From a virus (taxonomy: Duplodnaviria; Caudoviricetes): a stretch of DNA of 57,794 nucleotides. The translations under genes and the position numbers were made by a program. This document shows, in pieces, positions 27,820-37,461 of this stretch; the stretch's first letter is position 1, and each line of letters opens with the position of its first letter. The DNA lies in the IMG/VR virus record IMGVR_UViG_3300036846_000250, positions 1 to 57,794 of that record, one strand, 5' to 3'. The notes under the pieces were generated by a model that was not told the origin of the DNA, did no database searches, and saw only the letters and a list, made by a program, of their open reading frames with translations.

Positions 27820-29007
27820 ATGGCGAACAACGAACCGGATTATGGCGTCGGCTTTGTGCCTGACATAGATTTCGCAGTCAAAGATCCGACGGTGATCAAG
27901 TCGGAAGTGATCGCAGATTACGAGGCGCAATTTCTACAGCTGACGAATATCGCCAAGACGCTGGCACCCGGCGATCCCGTTAGGCTGCATCTTGAAGTGG
28001 TGTGCCACTGGCTCAGTCAGCAACGCGTGCTGATCGATTTCACTGGCAAAAGTAATCTGCTGAAATACGCACAGGGCGATTTTCTCGACAATCTGGCTGC
28101 GCTCTACGGCGACCGCGCCTTGCGATTGCAGGCTGCGCCTGCTGTGACGACGCTGCGATTTTCTCTGGCCGCTGGCCTGTCTTTCAGCGCCACGATTCCT
28201 TCTGGCACAATGTGTCAGGCTCCGAACGGCGTGGTCTTTACGACGCTGGCGGACGGCGTTATTCCGGCAACGGTGCTGACTGTCGACGTGCCTGCGCAGG
28301 CGACGGCGTCAGGCGTGGTGGGCAACGGCTTTGTCGCCGGACAGATCAACTCAATCATCAACTGGAATCAGCCATTCGCTGTGACGGTGGCGAACACTGT
28401 GGTGACGGCTGGCGGCAGCGACAAGGAAACGGACGACCAATATCGCTATCGTGTCTGGCTGGCGATTGAAAGTTTCTCGACCTGCGGACCGCATGATGCC
28501 TACGAATTTTGGGCGTTGTCGGCGCATCCTGATATCATCCAGTGCGTGGTTTATTCTGCGCCTGAGATCGCAGGCGAAGTCTGGCTCTACCCGCTGCTGG
28601 TCGGCGGACAATTGCCGACGCAGCCGATCCTCGATCTGGTGCTGGCGACGTGCAGCGCGCGCAACCGCCGGCCGCTGACCGATTACGTGAGCGCGTTCAT
28701 CCCGACGGTTGTGGCATACACGCTGAACTTTGACTACTACGTGCTGACCGACAACGGCGTGCTGCTGGACACGATACAGGCGAACGTGGCGCAAGCGGTG
28801 GCCGACTGGATTTTGTGGCAACGGAGCTACGTGTCGCGCGACATTAACTGCGACGAACTGCGCAAACGCTGTCTGGAAGCTGGCGCGAAACGCATCGTCG
28901 TTCATTCGCCGTCGCCGGACTTCCAAGTGCTAAACTACGACCAGCTTGCGTGCCACGACGACACGATCGCGCCGATCATTAACTTCGCCGGACTCGAGGA
29001 TCCATGA
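27820..29007 (+). CDS. Baseplate J-like protein
   Basis: L.PGDP.RL, NLLKYA.GD.LD.L, GGSD.ETDD.YR.R, ESFSTCGP..AYEFWA, RPLTD.V. Confidence 0.95.
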   Translation: MANNEPDYGVGFVPDIDFAVKDPTVIKSEVIADYEAQFLQLTNIAKTLAPGDPVRLHLEVVCHWLSQQRVLIDFTGKSNLLKYAQGDFLDNLAALYGDRALRLQAAPAVTTLRFSLAAGLSFSATIPSGTMCQAPNGVVFTTLADGVIPATVLTVDVPAQATASGVVGNGFVAGQINSIINWNQPFAVTVANTVVTAGGSDKETDDQYRYRVWLAIESFSTCGPHDAYEFWALSAHPDIIQCVVYSAPEIAGEVWLYPLLVGGQLPTQPILDLVLATCSARNRRPLTDYVSAFIPTVVAYTLNFDYYVLTDNGVLLDTIQANVAQAVADWILWQRSYVSRDINCDELRKRCLEAGAKRIVVHSPSPDFQVLNYDQLACHDDTIAPIINFAGLEDP

Positions 29008-29963
29008 GCACGATCCTGCGCGGCTCTAGGCTGATCGACAATTGCACGCCGTCGATAAGTTACGACCGGCAAGTGCAGGCTGCGTCGGGCGCGTTCGACA
29101 ATCAATGCTACGAGATCATCGACGAGACCGGACAGGTTTTTTTCATCCCAAACATCATGGGGCTGACGGACGAAACGCTGGTCGACATTCTGGCTTGGCA
29201 ATTCCATGTCGATTTCTACGACAGGACGCGCGACTTGGAGTTTCGAAAAAACTTGGTGCAAATGTCGATCCAGTGGCACATGACCAAGGGCACTGTGGCT
29301 CTGGTTGAATGGGTTCTCGACACGTATTTCCCTGCGGTGGCGACGTTGCAGGAATGGTTCGAGTATCGTGCGCCGAAAGGCGGACCGAACTGGCCTCCGA
29401 ATTATCCGGCCAGCAATCCGGACGTGCTGGCTGCTACGTTCGTTCCGAGTAACGTCGACGTTACGAATGACAGACTCGATATCGCTGGCTTTTTGAATCA
29501 GCAGCAGATCAGATTTCAACCGGCGGACACGATATCGCAAAAGCCGAGCGGCGGCGGACCGATAGGAAAACCGCCACAGCAGTCAGGCGACATACTGCCT
29601 CGGCCGCTGCTGGTTGGGATATGGTATTACGTCGTCAATGTCGTCGGCGCGACCTTCCAGATAGCGAACACACCGAACGGGACGCCGATCAACCTGATGG
29701 ACGCAGGGCAAGGCTCAATCCAGATTTGGCGAATAGGCGTCGGAAGCTGGCACGACCGCTACAGATTCCGCGTGCTGATCGACAGCCAGTTCATCGATCC
29801 TGACGACCAGCTAACAGTGCTGACGCTGATCGATCGCTACAAACCAATCAGCCGCTGGATGGAAGGTTTCGTCAGGGCGCGAGCGAGCGAGTGCGATATT
29901 GGCTGGACAGGAATGACATTGCGGTTCATCTATCGAACGTCGGAGGCACCAACATACCCATGA
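29004..29963 (+). CDS. Tail protein I (P2-like)
   Basis: VDILAWQFHVDFYD, SIQWHMTKGT, LQEWFEY, YRFRV, KPISRW. Confidence 0.9.
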   Translation: MSTILRGSRLIDNCTPSISYDRQVQAASGAFDNQCYEIIDETGQVFFIPNIMGLTDETLVDILAWQFHVDFYDRTRDLEFRKNLVQMSIQWHMTKGTVALVEWVLDTYFPAVATLQEWFEYRAPKGGPNWPPNYPASNPDVLAATFVPSNVDVTNDRLDIAGFLNQQQIRFQPADTISQKPSGGGPIGKPPQQSGDILPRPLLVGIWYYVVNVVGATFQIANTPNGTPINLMDAGQGSIQIWRIGVGSWHDRYRFRVLIDSQFIDPDDQLTVLTLIDRYKPISRWMEGFVRARASECDIGWTGMTLRFIYRTSEAPTYP

Positions 29964-31831
29964 GCATAGCAAAACAGGAATTTACAAACGCGGGGCGCTC
30001 CATGTTAGGCCGAGCGCAAAACGGCGAGACATTGACAATTACGAGCATCGTTGTCGGCGACGGCTTCGCCACGCAGCCGAGCGACCTGTGGCCACTGACC
30101 GCGTTGAACAGTCAGCAATTTGCTGTGGTGATTTCGACGAAAAACGACTACGGCAACGGCACGCTGCTGGTCGAAGGCTCGTTCACGAGCGACGAGGTGG
30201 CTGCTGCGTTTTACCTCCGAGAATTGGGCGTCATGGCGCACATCGGCTCTGAGGCCGATCGGCTTTACTCGGTGGCGAATGTGTTCTCTGATCCGCCGGA
30301 CTACATCGATCCTGCTGCGCCGACAGTGCAGGCGTTCAAAATCAAGCTGGTGATCGACCGAATTCCGACCGCGCAAGTGGTCGTGCAGATCGGCCCGAGC
30401 GAAAACGTGATCGGCTCGAACATCGGCGCGGAAACAGTCGGACCCGGCGTGTATCACGACGCGGCTGGCAACGTGCTGAATTTCAAACGCCTTGTGCAGG
30501 GCATCGGCATGGACATACGCGATGCGACAGACGGCAATTCGATTTACATCGGCATCAAAACGCTGGCGCAAAATGTCGATCTCTACGTGCCGATGAACAA
30601 TCCGGACGCGCCAGCGGGGCATCCGGAAGTCTTGTTCCCGAGCGTGCAAGCGGCGCACGACTACTTGTTAGGCTCTGTGATTCCGCCGAGCTTGTTCGCA
30701 ACGATTCACGTCCACGAATTGAACAACGCGCCTCTGGTGTCTGCTCCGATCGTTCTCTCGCATCCGAATAGCAAGCAGATCAACATCATCGGCGTGCCGC
30801 TGGTCGACCGCGCCATAACTTCCATCGTGCCTGTGTCTGGCGGCAAAGAGATCCACTGCGACTCAACGGGATTAGGACCTAGCGACGTTGGCCGCTACGT
30901 CTACATCACGAACTCTTATCGCTACGGCGGCGGCTGCTGGATCACGCTATACCGAGCGAACGATATCGTGTGCAACATTTACGACCAAGGCGGTCTGCCT
31001 GCGGAAAGCGTGACGGAGACTCCTGGCTCACAGCGGCTGCGCTGGCTGCCGACGGCGTTGCGGATCAACGCGAACCCGACAACACTCAGCTATATGATTG
31101 CAGCGCCGAACGGCATCGGCACAATCAGGAACATTCTGGTGATTGGCGATTCTCGGGCACAGGCACCGAACAACGACACGAACCAATATTTCACCTACGG
31201 ATTCGGAATCGACTCCGGTGCGCTGATCAATTGCATGGCTGTGAATTGTCGGCGCGGTGTCAGCGTCGGGTCAGGCAACGTGGGACTGGGCAACGAATGC
31301 ATTTTCAGCAACTGCGCGTTTGGAATCACGGGCGTTGGCACTTTGGTGGCAACCGATCAGACCTACGTGAACGGCTGTCTTCAAGGCATCACGCCGAGTC
31401 CATCAGGCTTCGCTGTCGGCTCGGTCACTGGCAACATGCCAAATGCAATCGTGTTCCTGCTTCGCAATTACTACGGCCTGCTTTGCGGCGCGTTTTATCA
31501 GGGCGGCTCGGTCTTCTACGGCAGGAACGTGGAGGGCTTCGAGTGCCGCAACAACGGTCTGATCCTGCTTGGCGCGGCTTATGGCTCATACCCGTATAAC
31601 AACGGCATCGACTTGAAAGCAATCGGGCACAGCTACATCACATACGATCAATGGGGGCAAGCTGTGCCGACGTGCAGTCCGCTGGCGAACGCGTTCAATC
31701 CTGCGCCGCCGTCATGCAACAACGCGCTGTCGTTCATTACGCTGGCGAACTCGAGCGGACGCAGCATCGAAGGCGTGGAGGCTGGCGAGGCTGGACTGTT
31801 CGCCAAGATACTGGATTCGCTTCGCGCTTGA
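29960..31831 (+). CDS. Tail fibre protein
   Basis: FTNAG, VGDG, FYLRELGV N-terminal anchor; LNFKRL; C-terminal beta-rich region. Confidence 0.85.
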   Translation: MSIAKQEFTNAGRSMLGRAQNGETLTITSIVVGDGFATQPSDLWPLTALNSQQFAVVISTKNDYGNGTLLVEGSFTSDEVAAAFYLRELGVMAHIGSEADRLYSVANVFSDPPDYIDPAAPTVQAFKIKLVIDRIPTAQVVVQIGPSENVIGSNIGAETVGPGVYHDAAGNVLNFKRLVQGIGMDIRDATDGNSIYIGIKTLAQNVDLYVPMNNPDAPAGHPEVLFPSVQAAHDYLLGSVIPPSLFATIHVHELNNAPLVSAPIVLSHPNSKQINIIGVPLVDRAITSIVPVSGGKEIHCDSTGLGPSDVGRYVYITNSYRYGGGCWITLYRANDIVCNIYDQGGLPAESVTETPGSQRLRWLPTALRINANPTTLSYMIAAPNGIGTIRNILVIGDSRAQAPNNDTNQYFTYGFGIDSGALINCMAVNCRRGVSVGSGNVGLGNECIFSNCAFGITGVGTLVATDQTYVNGCLQGITPSPSGFAVGSVTGNMPNAIVFLLRNYYGLLCGAFYQGGSVFYGRNVEGFECRNNGLILLGAAYGSYPYNNGIDLKAIGHSYITYDQWGQAVPTCSPLANAFNPAPPSCNNALSFITLANSSGRSIEGVEAGEAGLFAKILDSLRA

Positions 31832-31859
31832 CAGCTTATCTGCATTTGGTGATAAGCTT
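31832..31859 (+). repeat. 28-bp palindromic element, copy 9
   Basis: CAGCTTATCTGCATTTGGTGATAAGCTT at the tail/modification module boundary. Confidence 0.95.
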
Positions 31860-31865
31860 GCCTCT

Positions 31866-32654
31866 ATGCCGAAAGCCAAGACTGTCCGAGCGCCGGACAT
31901 TCCGCACACGAACGGCGACCACGACGTGGAATACTGGTCGCCACAGGACTTGAAACCTTACGACCGGAACTCGAACAAACATCCACCGGAGCAAGTGGCG
32001 CTGATCGCACAATCGATCGAGGAATTCGGATTCACAATTCCGATTCTGGCCGACGAGACCGGAATGATTCTGGCTGGCGCTGGCCGACAACTGGCGGCAA
32101 TCGAACTGGATTTGACCAGCGTGCCGGTGATCGTTAGGCGCGGCCTGTCCGAGGCACAGAAACGCGCCTACGTCATGGCCGACAACCAGATCGCGCGGAC
32201 GAGCGAATTCGATTTCGATATCATCGCCGCCGAACTGAAAGCGTTGGCGCGTGAATATCCGGAGTTCAATCTCGGCGTGATCGGGTTCGCTGCGGCGGAT
32301 GTGCGGAAATTTCTCGACCCGCTTTTTGGCGCACAGCATCCTGACACTGGCAAGCTTTTGGAAGTGCTGCGCGTATCGTTCGACGATCCCAAGCACAGCG
32401 TGAAACATGGCGACGCGTGGGACTGCAACGATCATTGCGTGATGTGCCTCGATCTGTTCACCGAGTGGGAAATCTGGCAACGCGAACTGACAGCCGGAAC
32501 GGTGTTCCTGCCCTACGCTGGTCCTCTGGTGCTGCTCAGCGAACGCGCGAAAACGACTCGGATGCTGATCGTTAATCCGCAGGAATACATTTGCGGAATG
32601 ATTCTCGACAAGTTTGTCGAGGCGAAACTCGGCAAACCGACCAAGCGCAAATGA
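31866..32654 (+). CDS. ParB/Srx N-terminal domain protein
   Basis: LKPYDRN..KH...QV..IA.SI.EFGFT.PIL.D....ILAG.GR..AA, MADNQ. Confidence 0.85.
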   Translation: MPKAKTVRAPDIPHTNGDHDVEYWSPQDLKPYDRNSNKHPPEQVALIAQSIEEFGFTIPILADETGMILAGAGRQLAAIELDLTSVPVIVRRGLSEAQKRAYVMADNQIARTSEFDFDIIAAELKALAREYPEFNLGVIGFAAADVRKFLDPLFGAQHPDTGKLLEVLRVSFDDPKHSVKHGDAWDCNDHCVMCLDLFTEWEIWQRELTAGTVFLPYAGPLVLLSERAKTTRMLIVNPQEYICGMILDKFVEAKLGKPTKRK

Positions 32655-33547
32655 TCCACACGGCAGGCAACACATTCGATCCACGCGAGCGCCAGCTTTA
32701 TTTCATCGCCATCAACGCGGACAAACTGCTGCGCGTGGAAAAATTGAATCGCCACTTGCTGGTGGCCGTGAACGAAGTCACAGGCTCAAACGCGCTCGGC
32801 ATCGTCGAGCAATTGTGCGAGCGCGGGACAAAAATCCTGATCGACTCCGGCGTGTTCAATCTTGCGATGCAGCACGCGCGGAAACACGACTGCCACATGA
32901 ACGAGGCGCTGGCGATGCCGCCGGACGAGATCGACGGCTTCCAAGAACTCTACGACAAATACGTGGACCTTTGTTCGACTGTCGGCGTGAAGTCGTGGGG
33001 CTACGTCGAGATCGATCAAGGCGGACGCGAGAACAAAATCAAGACGCGAGCGAAGCTTGAAAAACTGGGGCTGTATCCGATCCCTGTGTATCATCCGTTG
33101 AACGACGGCTGGGACTACTTCGATTATCTGGCTGCGCGATACGACCGGATCTGTTTCGGCAACGTGGTGCAGGCGGAAATCGCCGAGCGAATCCGGCTGA
33201 TCTCGACGGCGTTCCTTCGGCAGCAGAAATATCCAAAGCTCTGGATTCACTTGTTAGGCGTGACGCCGAACGAACTGCTGCATTCCTGTCCGTCGTGTTC
33301 GTGCGACAGTTCGACGTGGCTGTCATCGATGCGGTGGGGCAGCTGTGACGCGACGTGCTTCGGCAAACGCGTCGGCGAGGGCTTCGGCCCTGCGCTGACA
33401 TATCGCTACGGCGCGGCTGCGCTGGATGAGAATCCCGACCGGAACGCGAGCTACATCAAGGGCGAAAAACTTTTTGCATACGACGCGGAAATCATGGGCA
33501 GAAACTGGTCGGACTACTGCAAGCACTACAAGGCTGCGACCACATGA
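32651..33547 (+). CDS. dpdA: DpdA/TGT-like 7-deazaguanine DNA transglycosylase
   Basis: ILIDSGVF, IPVYH, IHLLG, SCDSSTW motifs of the TGT-like barrel; clustered with folE/queD/queE. Confidence 0.7.
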   Translation: MIHTAGNTFDPRERQLYFIAINADKLLRVEKLNRHLLVAVNEVTGSNALGIVEQLCERGTKILIDSGVFNLAMQHARKHDCHMNEALAMPPDEIDGFQELYDKYVDLCSTVGVKSWGYVEIDQGGRENKIKTRAKLEKLGLYPIPVYHPLNDGWDYFDYLAARYDRICFGNVVQAEIAERIRLISTAFLRQQKYPKLWIHLLGVTPNELLHSCPSCSCDSSTWLSSMRWGSCDATCFGKRVGEGFGPALTYRYGAAALDENPDRNASYIKGEKLFAYDAEIMGRNWSDYCKHYKAATT

Positions 33548-34218
33548 GAAAACAAACGCGCCTCAGCGACGCCGAGCTGCACAAGCGTAATCCGCGCACG
33601 ATTACCGACGAGCAATTGGAGCGGCTGAAAAATGCCATGCGAAAATATGGCGACCTGTCTGGTTTAATTGCGAACCTGACGACCGGCAATTACATCGGCG
33701 GCAATCAGCGCGTCAAAATACTGGGCGACTTGCCAGTGTCGATTGTGCGCCGATACGCTACGCCGACAGCGTGCGGGACTGTGGCGGAAGGCGTGGTCAT
33801 ATACGAGGGCGAACGCTTTACTTATCGGCAAGTCCGCTGGTCTGAACAGCAGGAACTGGCTGCGATGATCGCGGCCAATCAACACGGCGGCGAATGGGAC
33901 ATGCCAGGCTTGGGCGACCTGCTGATGCAGCTGCGTGACGAGAATTACGAAATGCCGTTGCTCGGGTTCGACGCTAAAGAACTCGCCTCGATGCTGGCAG
34001 AATCAAAGAGCGGCAACGGACGGACTGGCGACGAATTGCGAACGGTGCTGCTCAGTTACGACGAAGTTCAATTTCCAATCTTCATGGAACGCGTGCAGTT
34101 GTTAGGCGAACACTATGGCGCGACCAATGTGGCTGACACGGTGCTGCAAGCTGTGAGCGATACCTATGCGCGTAAAGCGGCCGAAATTGCTGACTCAAAA
34201 CAGCGAGCTGAAAGCTGA
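33544..34218 (+). CDS. ParB-like N-terminal domain protein
   Basis: NPRTI....LERLK..M.KYG, IGGNQR, AN..GGEWD. Confidence 0.8.
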   Translation: MRKQTRLSDAELHKRNPRTITDEQLERLKNAMRKYGDLSGLIANLTTGNYIGGNQRVKILGDLPVSIVRRYATPTACGTVAEGVVIYEGERFTYRQVRWSEQQELAAMIAANQHGGEWDMPGLGDLLMQLRDENYEMPLLGFDAKELASMLAESKSGNGRTGDELRTVLLSYDEVQFPIFMERVQLLGEHYGATNVADTVLQAVSDTYARKAAEIADSKQRAES

Positions 34219-34867
34219 CGGCGTTTTCAATTGGTCGCTGCCAGCGTGGGCGATCAAGCTGCGCGACGGTCGCAAGTTCAACGTGTGTCCGAACGCTGGC
34301 ATCTGCGCCACGCTGTGCTACGCGCGGAACGGGACGTATATGTTTCCAGAAGTGCGAGCGGCGCATGAACGAAATCTGTTGCTGGTGCTGGATCATCTGG
34401 CGCTGTGGGAAAAATGGCTGACAGCGGAATTGCTCGAGCGGCGCTACCACGGCAAACACATCCGCATCCATGACTCTGGCGACTTTTTCAGCGACGACTA
34501 TTTGCTGGCGTGGCTGCGCGTGATTCGCGTCACACCGTGGGCGACGTTCTACGCTTACACCAAGGAAGTCAGTCGGTTCAAGCGGCTGGTTGAATCCGAT
34601 CCGCCGGCGAATTTCAAATGGATCTATTCGCTTGGCGGTCGCGAGGATCATTTGATCGACCGCGAGAACGACAGACACGCAGACGTATTTCCTGACAGAC
34701 TGTCGGCGGTGCTGGCTGGTTACGTCACGCAACAGGCCAGCGACTTGTTCGCGATTTACAGCGCACGAAAAGTCGGGATCGTGGCAAACAACATTCCACA
34801 ATTTCGCAAGCGGCAGGGCAAACACACGTTCGCCGACTTGCAAAACGAAAGGGCAAAACGCAAATGA
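34166..34867 (+). CDS. GP88-like protein (radical-SAM-like Cys cluster)
   Basis: LLTQNSEL, WSLPA, CPNAG.C...CYA, IRIHDSGDFFS, FYAYTK. Confidence 0.8.
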   Translation: MRVKRPKLLTQNSELKADGVFNWSLPAWAIKLRDGRKFNVCPNAGICATLCYARNGTYMFPEVRAAHERNLLLVLDHLALWEKWLTAELLERRYHGKHIRIHDSGDFFSDDYLLAWLRVIRVTPWATFYAYTKEVSRFKRLVESDPPANFKWIYSLGGREDHLIDRENDRHADVFPDRLSAVLAGYVTQQASDLFAIYSARKVGIVANNIPQFRKRQGKHTFADLQNERAKRK

Positions 34868-35199
34868 CGATATTTATCACCACACGATTTGAAGGCTTTC
34901 ACAGCTGGCCGAACGCGCCGAGCGAAGTGGCGTTCCTGCGCGATCCGCACAGGCACATTTTTCATGTGCGCTGCTGGCGTGAAGTGACACACGACGACCG
35001 CGACGTCGAGTTCATCCTGTGGAAACGCGAAATAGAAAAACAGATCGGACTGCTGGCGGACGCCAACGACACGAAACACTGGTCGTGCGAGCGGTGGGCG
35101 CGAGCGATCGGCGAACGCTGCGGTGCGCACTCGGTCGAAGTTTCCGAGGACGGCGAGAACGGTGCGCTCTGGTCCGACAACGACAGCACGGTTTTATGA
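34864..35199 (+). CDS. dpdL: QueD-paralogous T-fold protein, DpdL-like (putative CDG decarboxylase)
   Basis: LRDPHRHIF matches the LxxxHRHxF motif I recall for DpdL; SCE, VSEDGENGA. Confidence 0.65.
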   Translation: MTIFITTRFEGFHSWPNAPSEVAFLRDPHRHIFHVRCWREVTHDDRDVEFILWKREIEKQIGLLADANDTKHWSCERWARAIGERCGAHSVEVSEDGENGALWSDNDSTVL

Positions 35200-35426
35200 G
35201 AATCGAAATCCACACACGTCCACTGATACTGGCAAAGCTGGCTGGCCAGACCGACTGCGCACAAGAGGTCGACGTCTGGCTGTTCACAGGCGACGAATAC
35301 GACTGCGGCAGCGTGATACTCGAGGCGGTCGTGCCTAGCAAAGCGAAGGCGAACAAGATGATCGACGACTTGGTTGTGGCGTTCGCCAGCGCGGCTGTGA
35401 TCGTGAACGACAATCAGCAGTCATAA
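35196..35426 (+). CDS. Hypothetical protein
   Basis: ATGA-coupled to the dpdL-like gene. Confidence 0.5.
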   Translation: MRIEIHTRPLILAKLAGQTDCAQEVDVWLFTGDEYDCGSVILEAVVPSKAKANKMIDDLVVAFASAAVIVNDNQQS

Positions 35427-35450
35427 AGCGCCTCAGGAATGGCGATTGCT

Positions 35451-35545
35451 CGCGCGAGGATTGCGCGTATCGCGTTTTGTTATGGCGGTGGCTGTGGCGA
35501 CACTGGAATGAAGGCAAAACGATTCTAAAGGGATTCTGGTGCGTT
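35451..35545 (+). repeat. ~100-bp bipartite element (family B), copy 3
   Basis: GAGGATTGCGCGTATCGCGTTTT-N37(TGGCTGTGG)-AAAACGATTCTA. Confidence 0.85.
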
Positions 35546-35567
35546 CTGCTCAAACGCGCGTAAAAAC

Positions 35568-35594
35568 AAGGTATCTGCGTTTGGTGATAAGCTT
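35568..35594 (+). repeat. 28-bp palindromic element, copy 10 (AAGGTATC variant)
   Basis: AAGGTATCTGCGTTTGGTGATAAGCTT. Confidence 0.9.
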
Positions 35595-35600
35595 CGAGGC

Positions 35601-35635
35601 AAAAAAAAGCGCCGCCGGATTTCTCCGACGGCGCT
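35601..35635 (-). terminator. Intrinsic terminator for the reverse gene 35663..36196
   Basis: AGCGCCGTCGGA-GAAA-TCCGGCGGCGCT then T-run on the minus strand. Confidence 0.85.
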
Positions 35636-35662
35636 GCCTTATGCCTTAACCGACGAACGGTA

Positions 35663-36196
35663 TCAGGCGTCTGCTGCGGCCACAAGTTCTTTCAACGCTT
35701 TTTTGCTGACAGGCGCTGGCGTGCCTCGCAGACCGTGGCGGCCTGCCTGCACGAACGTGCGAATCGCGGCGACGGACGCACGCGGCTCAACGGTGTGAAT
35801 CGCGGCGACGGCTACGGCTGGTTTGAATCCAGCTTTGCCGAACGCGCGAGCGACTGCGACGACCGGATAACCGAGCACAGGCTTCAACGGGCGCTTGCCG
35901 TTCGCCACTTGTTTCTTGGCGGACTTGGCTGCACGCGCGTCGACTTTCTTGGCTTTTTTCATGGTTGCCTCCGTGGTGTTGACCGCCTCCTGCAAGTCGG
36001 CGACGGTGGGTTTGGTTTTGCCAGCGGTTGCTGGCTTTGCGAACACTTGCTCGGCGACTGCTTCGCCGTGTTCGTCTGTGATGATCCGGCGCAGGTTTCC
36101 CTCCGTCGGACGGACTTGGTTTGCTTTGCAGACGTTTTTGGCATCGCGTATCATTTCGGCGATGTCGTTTTTGCTGTAGGTGACTGATGTTTTCAT
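35663..36196 (-). CDS. Basic Lys/Ala-rich protein, possible DNA-binding
   Basis: MKTSVTYSK...KKAKKVDARAAKSAKK; own terminator; inserted antisense within the modification cluster. Confidence 0.65.
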   Translation of the reverse strand: MKTSVTYSKNDIAEMIRDAKNVCKANQVRPTEGNLRRIITDEHGEAVAEQVFAKPATAGKTKPTVADLQEAVNTTEATMKKAKKVDARAAKSAKKQVANGKRPLKPVLGYPVVAVARAFGKAGFKPAVAVAAIHTVEPRASVAAIRTFVQAGRHGLRGTPAPVSKKALKELVAAADA

Positions 36197-36297
36197 GCCG
36201 TCCCTGTCCATCCGGAAACCAGTTCCGCAACAGTTCAAGCAAACTTTTTTCAAAATATTTTTTGGCGCTGCCTCCGGTGATGCTGCGCAAAAAAAAC

Positions 36298-36327
36298 TTG
36301 CATCGTGTTCCCGACCGAAATAGAAGT
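36298..36327 (+). promoter_or_regulatory. Putative promoter for leaderless queD-queE-folE transcript
   Basis: TTGCAT-N17-TAGAAG(T) shortly before GTG 36335. Confidence 0.5.
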
Positions 36328-36334
36328 TCGGGAC

Positions 36335-36769
36335 GTGTTCACCTGCACAAAGACTTATGCCGACCTGCCGTTTGCGCATCGTGCGCCACAGCACGATGGA
36401 CATTGCAAATTGATCCACGGACACAATTGGTCTTTCACGATCACGTTCTGCGCCACATCGCGCGACGCTAACGGCTTCATCGTGGACTTCGGGAAGCTTG
36501 GCGAATTCCGGCAGATGCTGTGGGACATATTCGATCACAAGTTCGTGGTGTCGCAGGACGATCCGCTGCTGCGTGAGATCGGCTGCTTCCTCCGCGACAA
36601 CCAGATTTCCAATCTGACGGTCGTGCCGGATTGCTCGAGCGAAGGCATCGCCGAGTTCGTGTCTGGTCTGGCGGACGCCTACGTCCGGAAACTGACCGAT
36701 GACAGGGCGCGCGTCATCGAAGTGATCGTCCATGAGAGCGCGTCGAATGTGGCGACCTACCGGCCATGA
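36335..36769 (+). CDS. queD: 6-carboxytetrahydropterin synthase QueD
   Basis: FAHR, CKLIHGHN (CxxxHGH), VDFG, FDHK, SSEG.A, HES. Confidence 0.92.
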   Translation: MFTCTKTYADLPFAHRAPQHDGHCKLIHGHNWSFTITFCATSRDANGFIVDFGKLGEFRQMLWDIFDHKFVVSQDDPLLREIGCFLRDNQISNLTVVPDCSSEGIAEFVSGLADAYVRKLTDDRARVIEVIVHESASNVATYRP

Positions 36770-37461
36770 TAAAAATCTCTGAAATATTCGGGCCGGTGAT
36801 ACAGGGCGAGGGCGCACACATCGGTGTGCCGACGGTGTTCGTTAGGACTGGCGGCTGCGATTATCGCTGCTCATGGTGCGACACGATGTATGCCGTCGAC
36901 AAAAAGTTCTCAGGCGAGTGGCGAGGGATGTCGAACGACGAAGTCTTGCAGGCGATCTACGCGCGGTCACACCGGCCGATACTCGTTACGCTGTCCGGCG
37001 GCAATCCGGCGCTGTTCGATTTTTCATTCGTGATCGATGAACTGCACGACCAGAAATTTCGCGTGACCATCGAAACACAGGGCAGCGTGCCGCGCGACTG
37101 GTTTGGTCAGCTCGATCACATGACGCTGTCGCCGAAACCGCCCTCGAGCGGAATGCCAACGGATCTGGCGAAGCTGGATACCTGCGTGTCGAAGCTGGAC
37201 CGGACGAAGCAATCACTCAAAATCGTGGTGGCCGACGACGCTGATTACGACTACGCGCGACACATCGCCGACCGATATCCGAACGTGAAATTATACTTGC
37301 AAGTCTGCAATCCTGATCCGGCAGTCGAGGGCGATATCATGGCGATGCTGTTGGACAAATTGCGCTGGCTGTCTGACAAGGTTTTGTCGGACTGCTGGTA
37401 TACCGCGACGGTGCTGCCACAGCTGCATGTTCTCTTATACGGAAATCGGCGTGGAATCTAA
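36766..37461 (+). CDS. queE: 7-carboxy-7-deazaguanine synthase QueE (radical SAM)
   Basis: [50 protein letters not shown]. Confidence 0.95.
   Translation: MIKISEIFGPVIQGEGAHIGVPTVFVRTGGCDYRCSWCDTMYAVDKKFSGEWRGMSNDEVLQAIYARSHRPILVTLSGGNPALFDFSFVIDELHDQKFRVTIETQGSVPRDWFGQLDHMTLSPKPPSSGMPTDLAKLDTCVSKLDRTKQSLKIVVADDADYDYARHIADRYPNVKLYLQVCNPDPAVEGDIMAMLLDKLRWLSDKVLSDCWYTATVLPQLHVLLYGNRRGI

Noticed and set aside
29960-31831. Diversity-generating retroelement or invertible fibre cassette
   Set aside because: No reverse transcriptase, template/variable repeat pair or invertase is visible.
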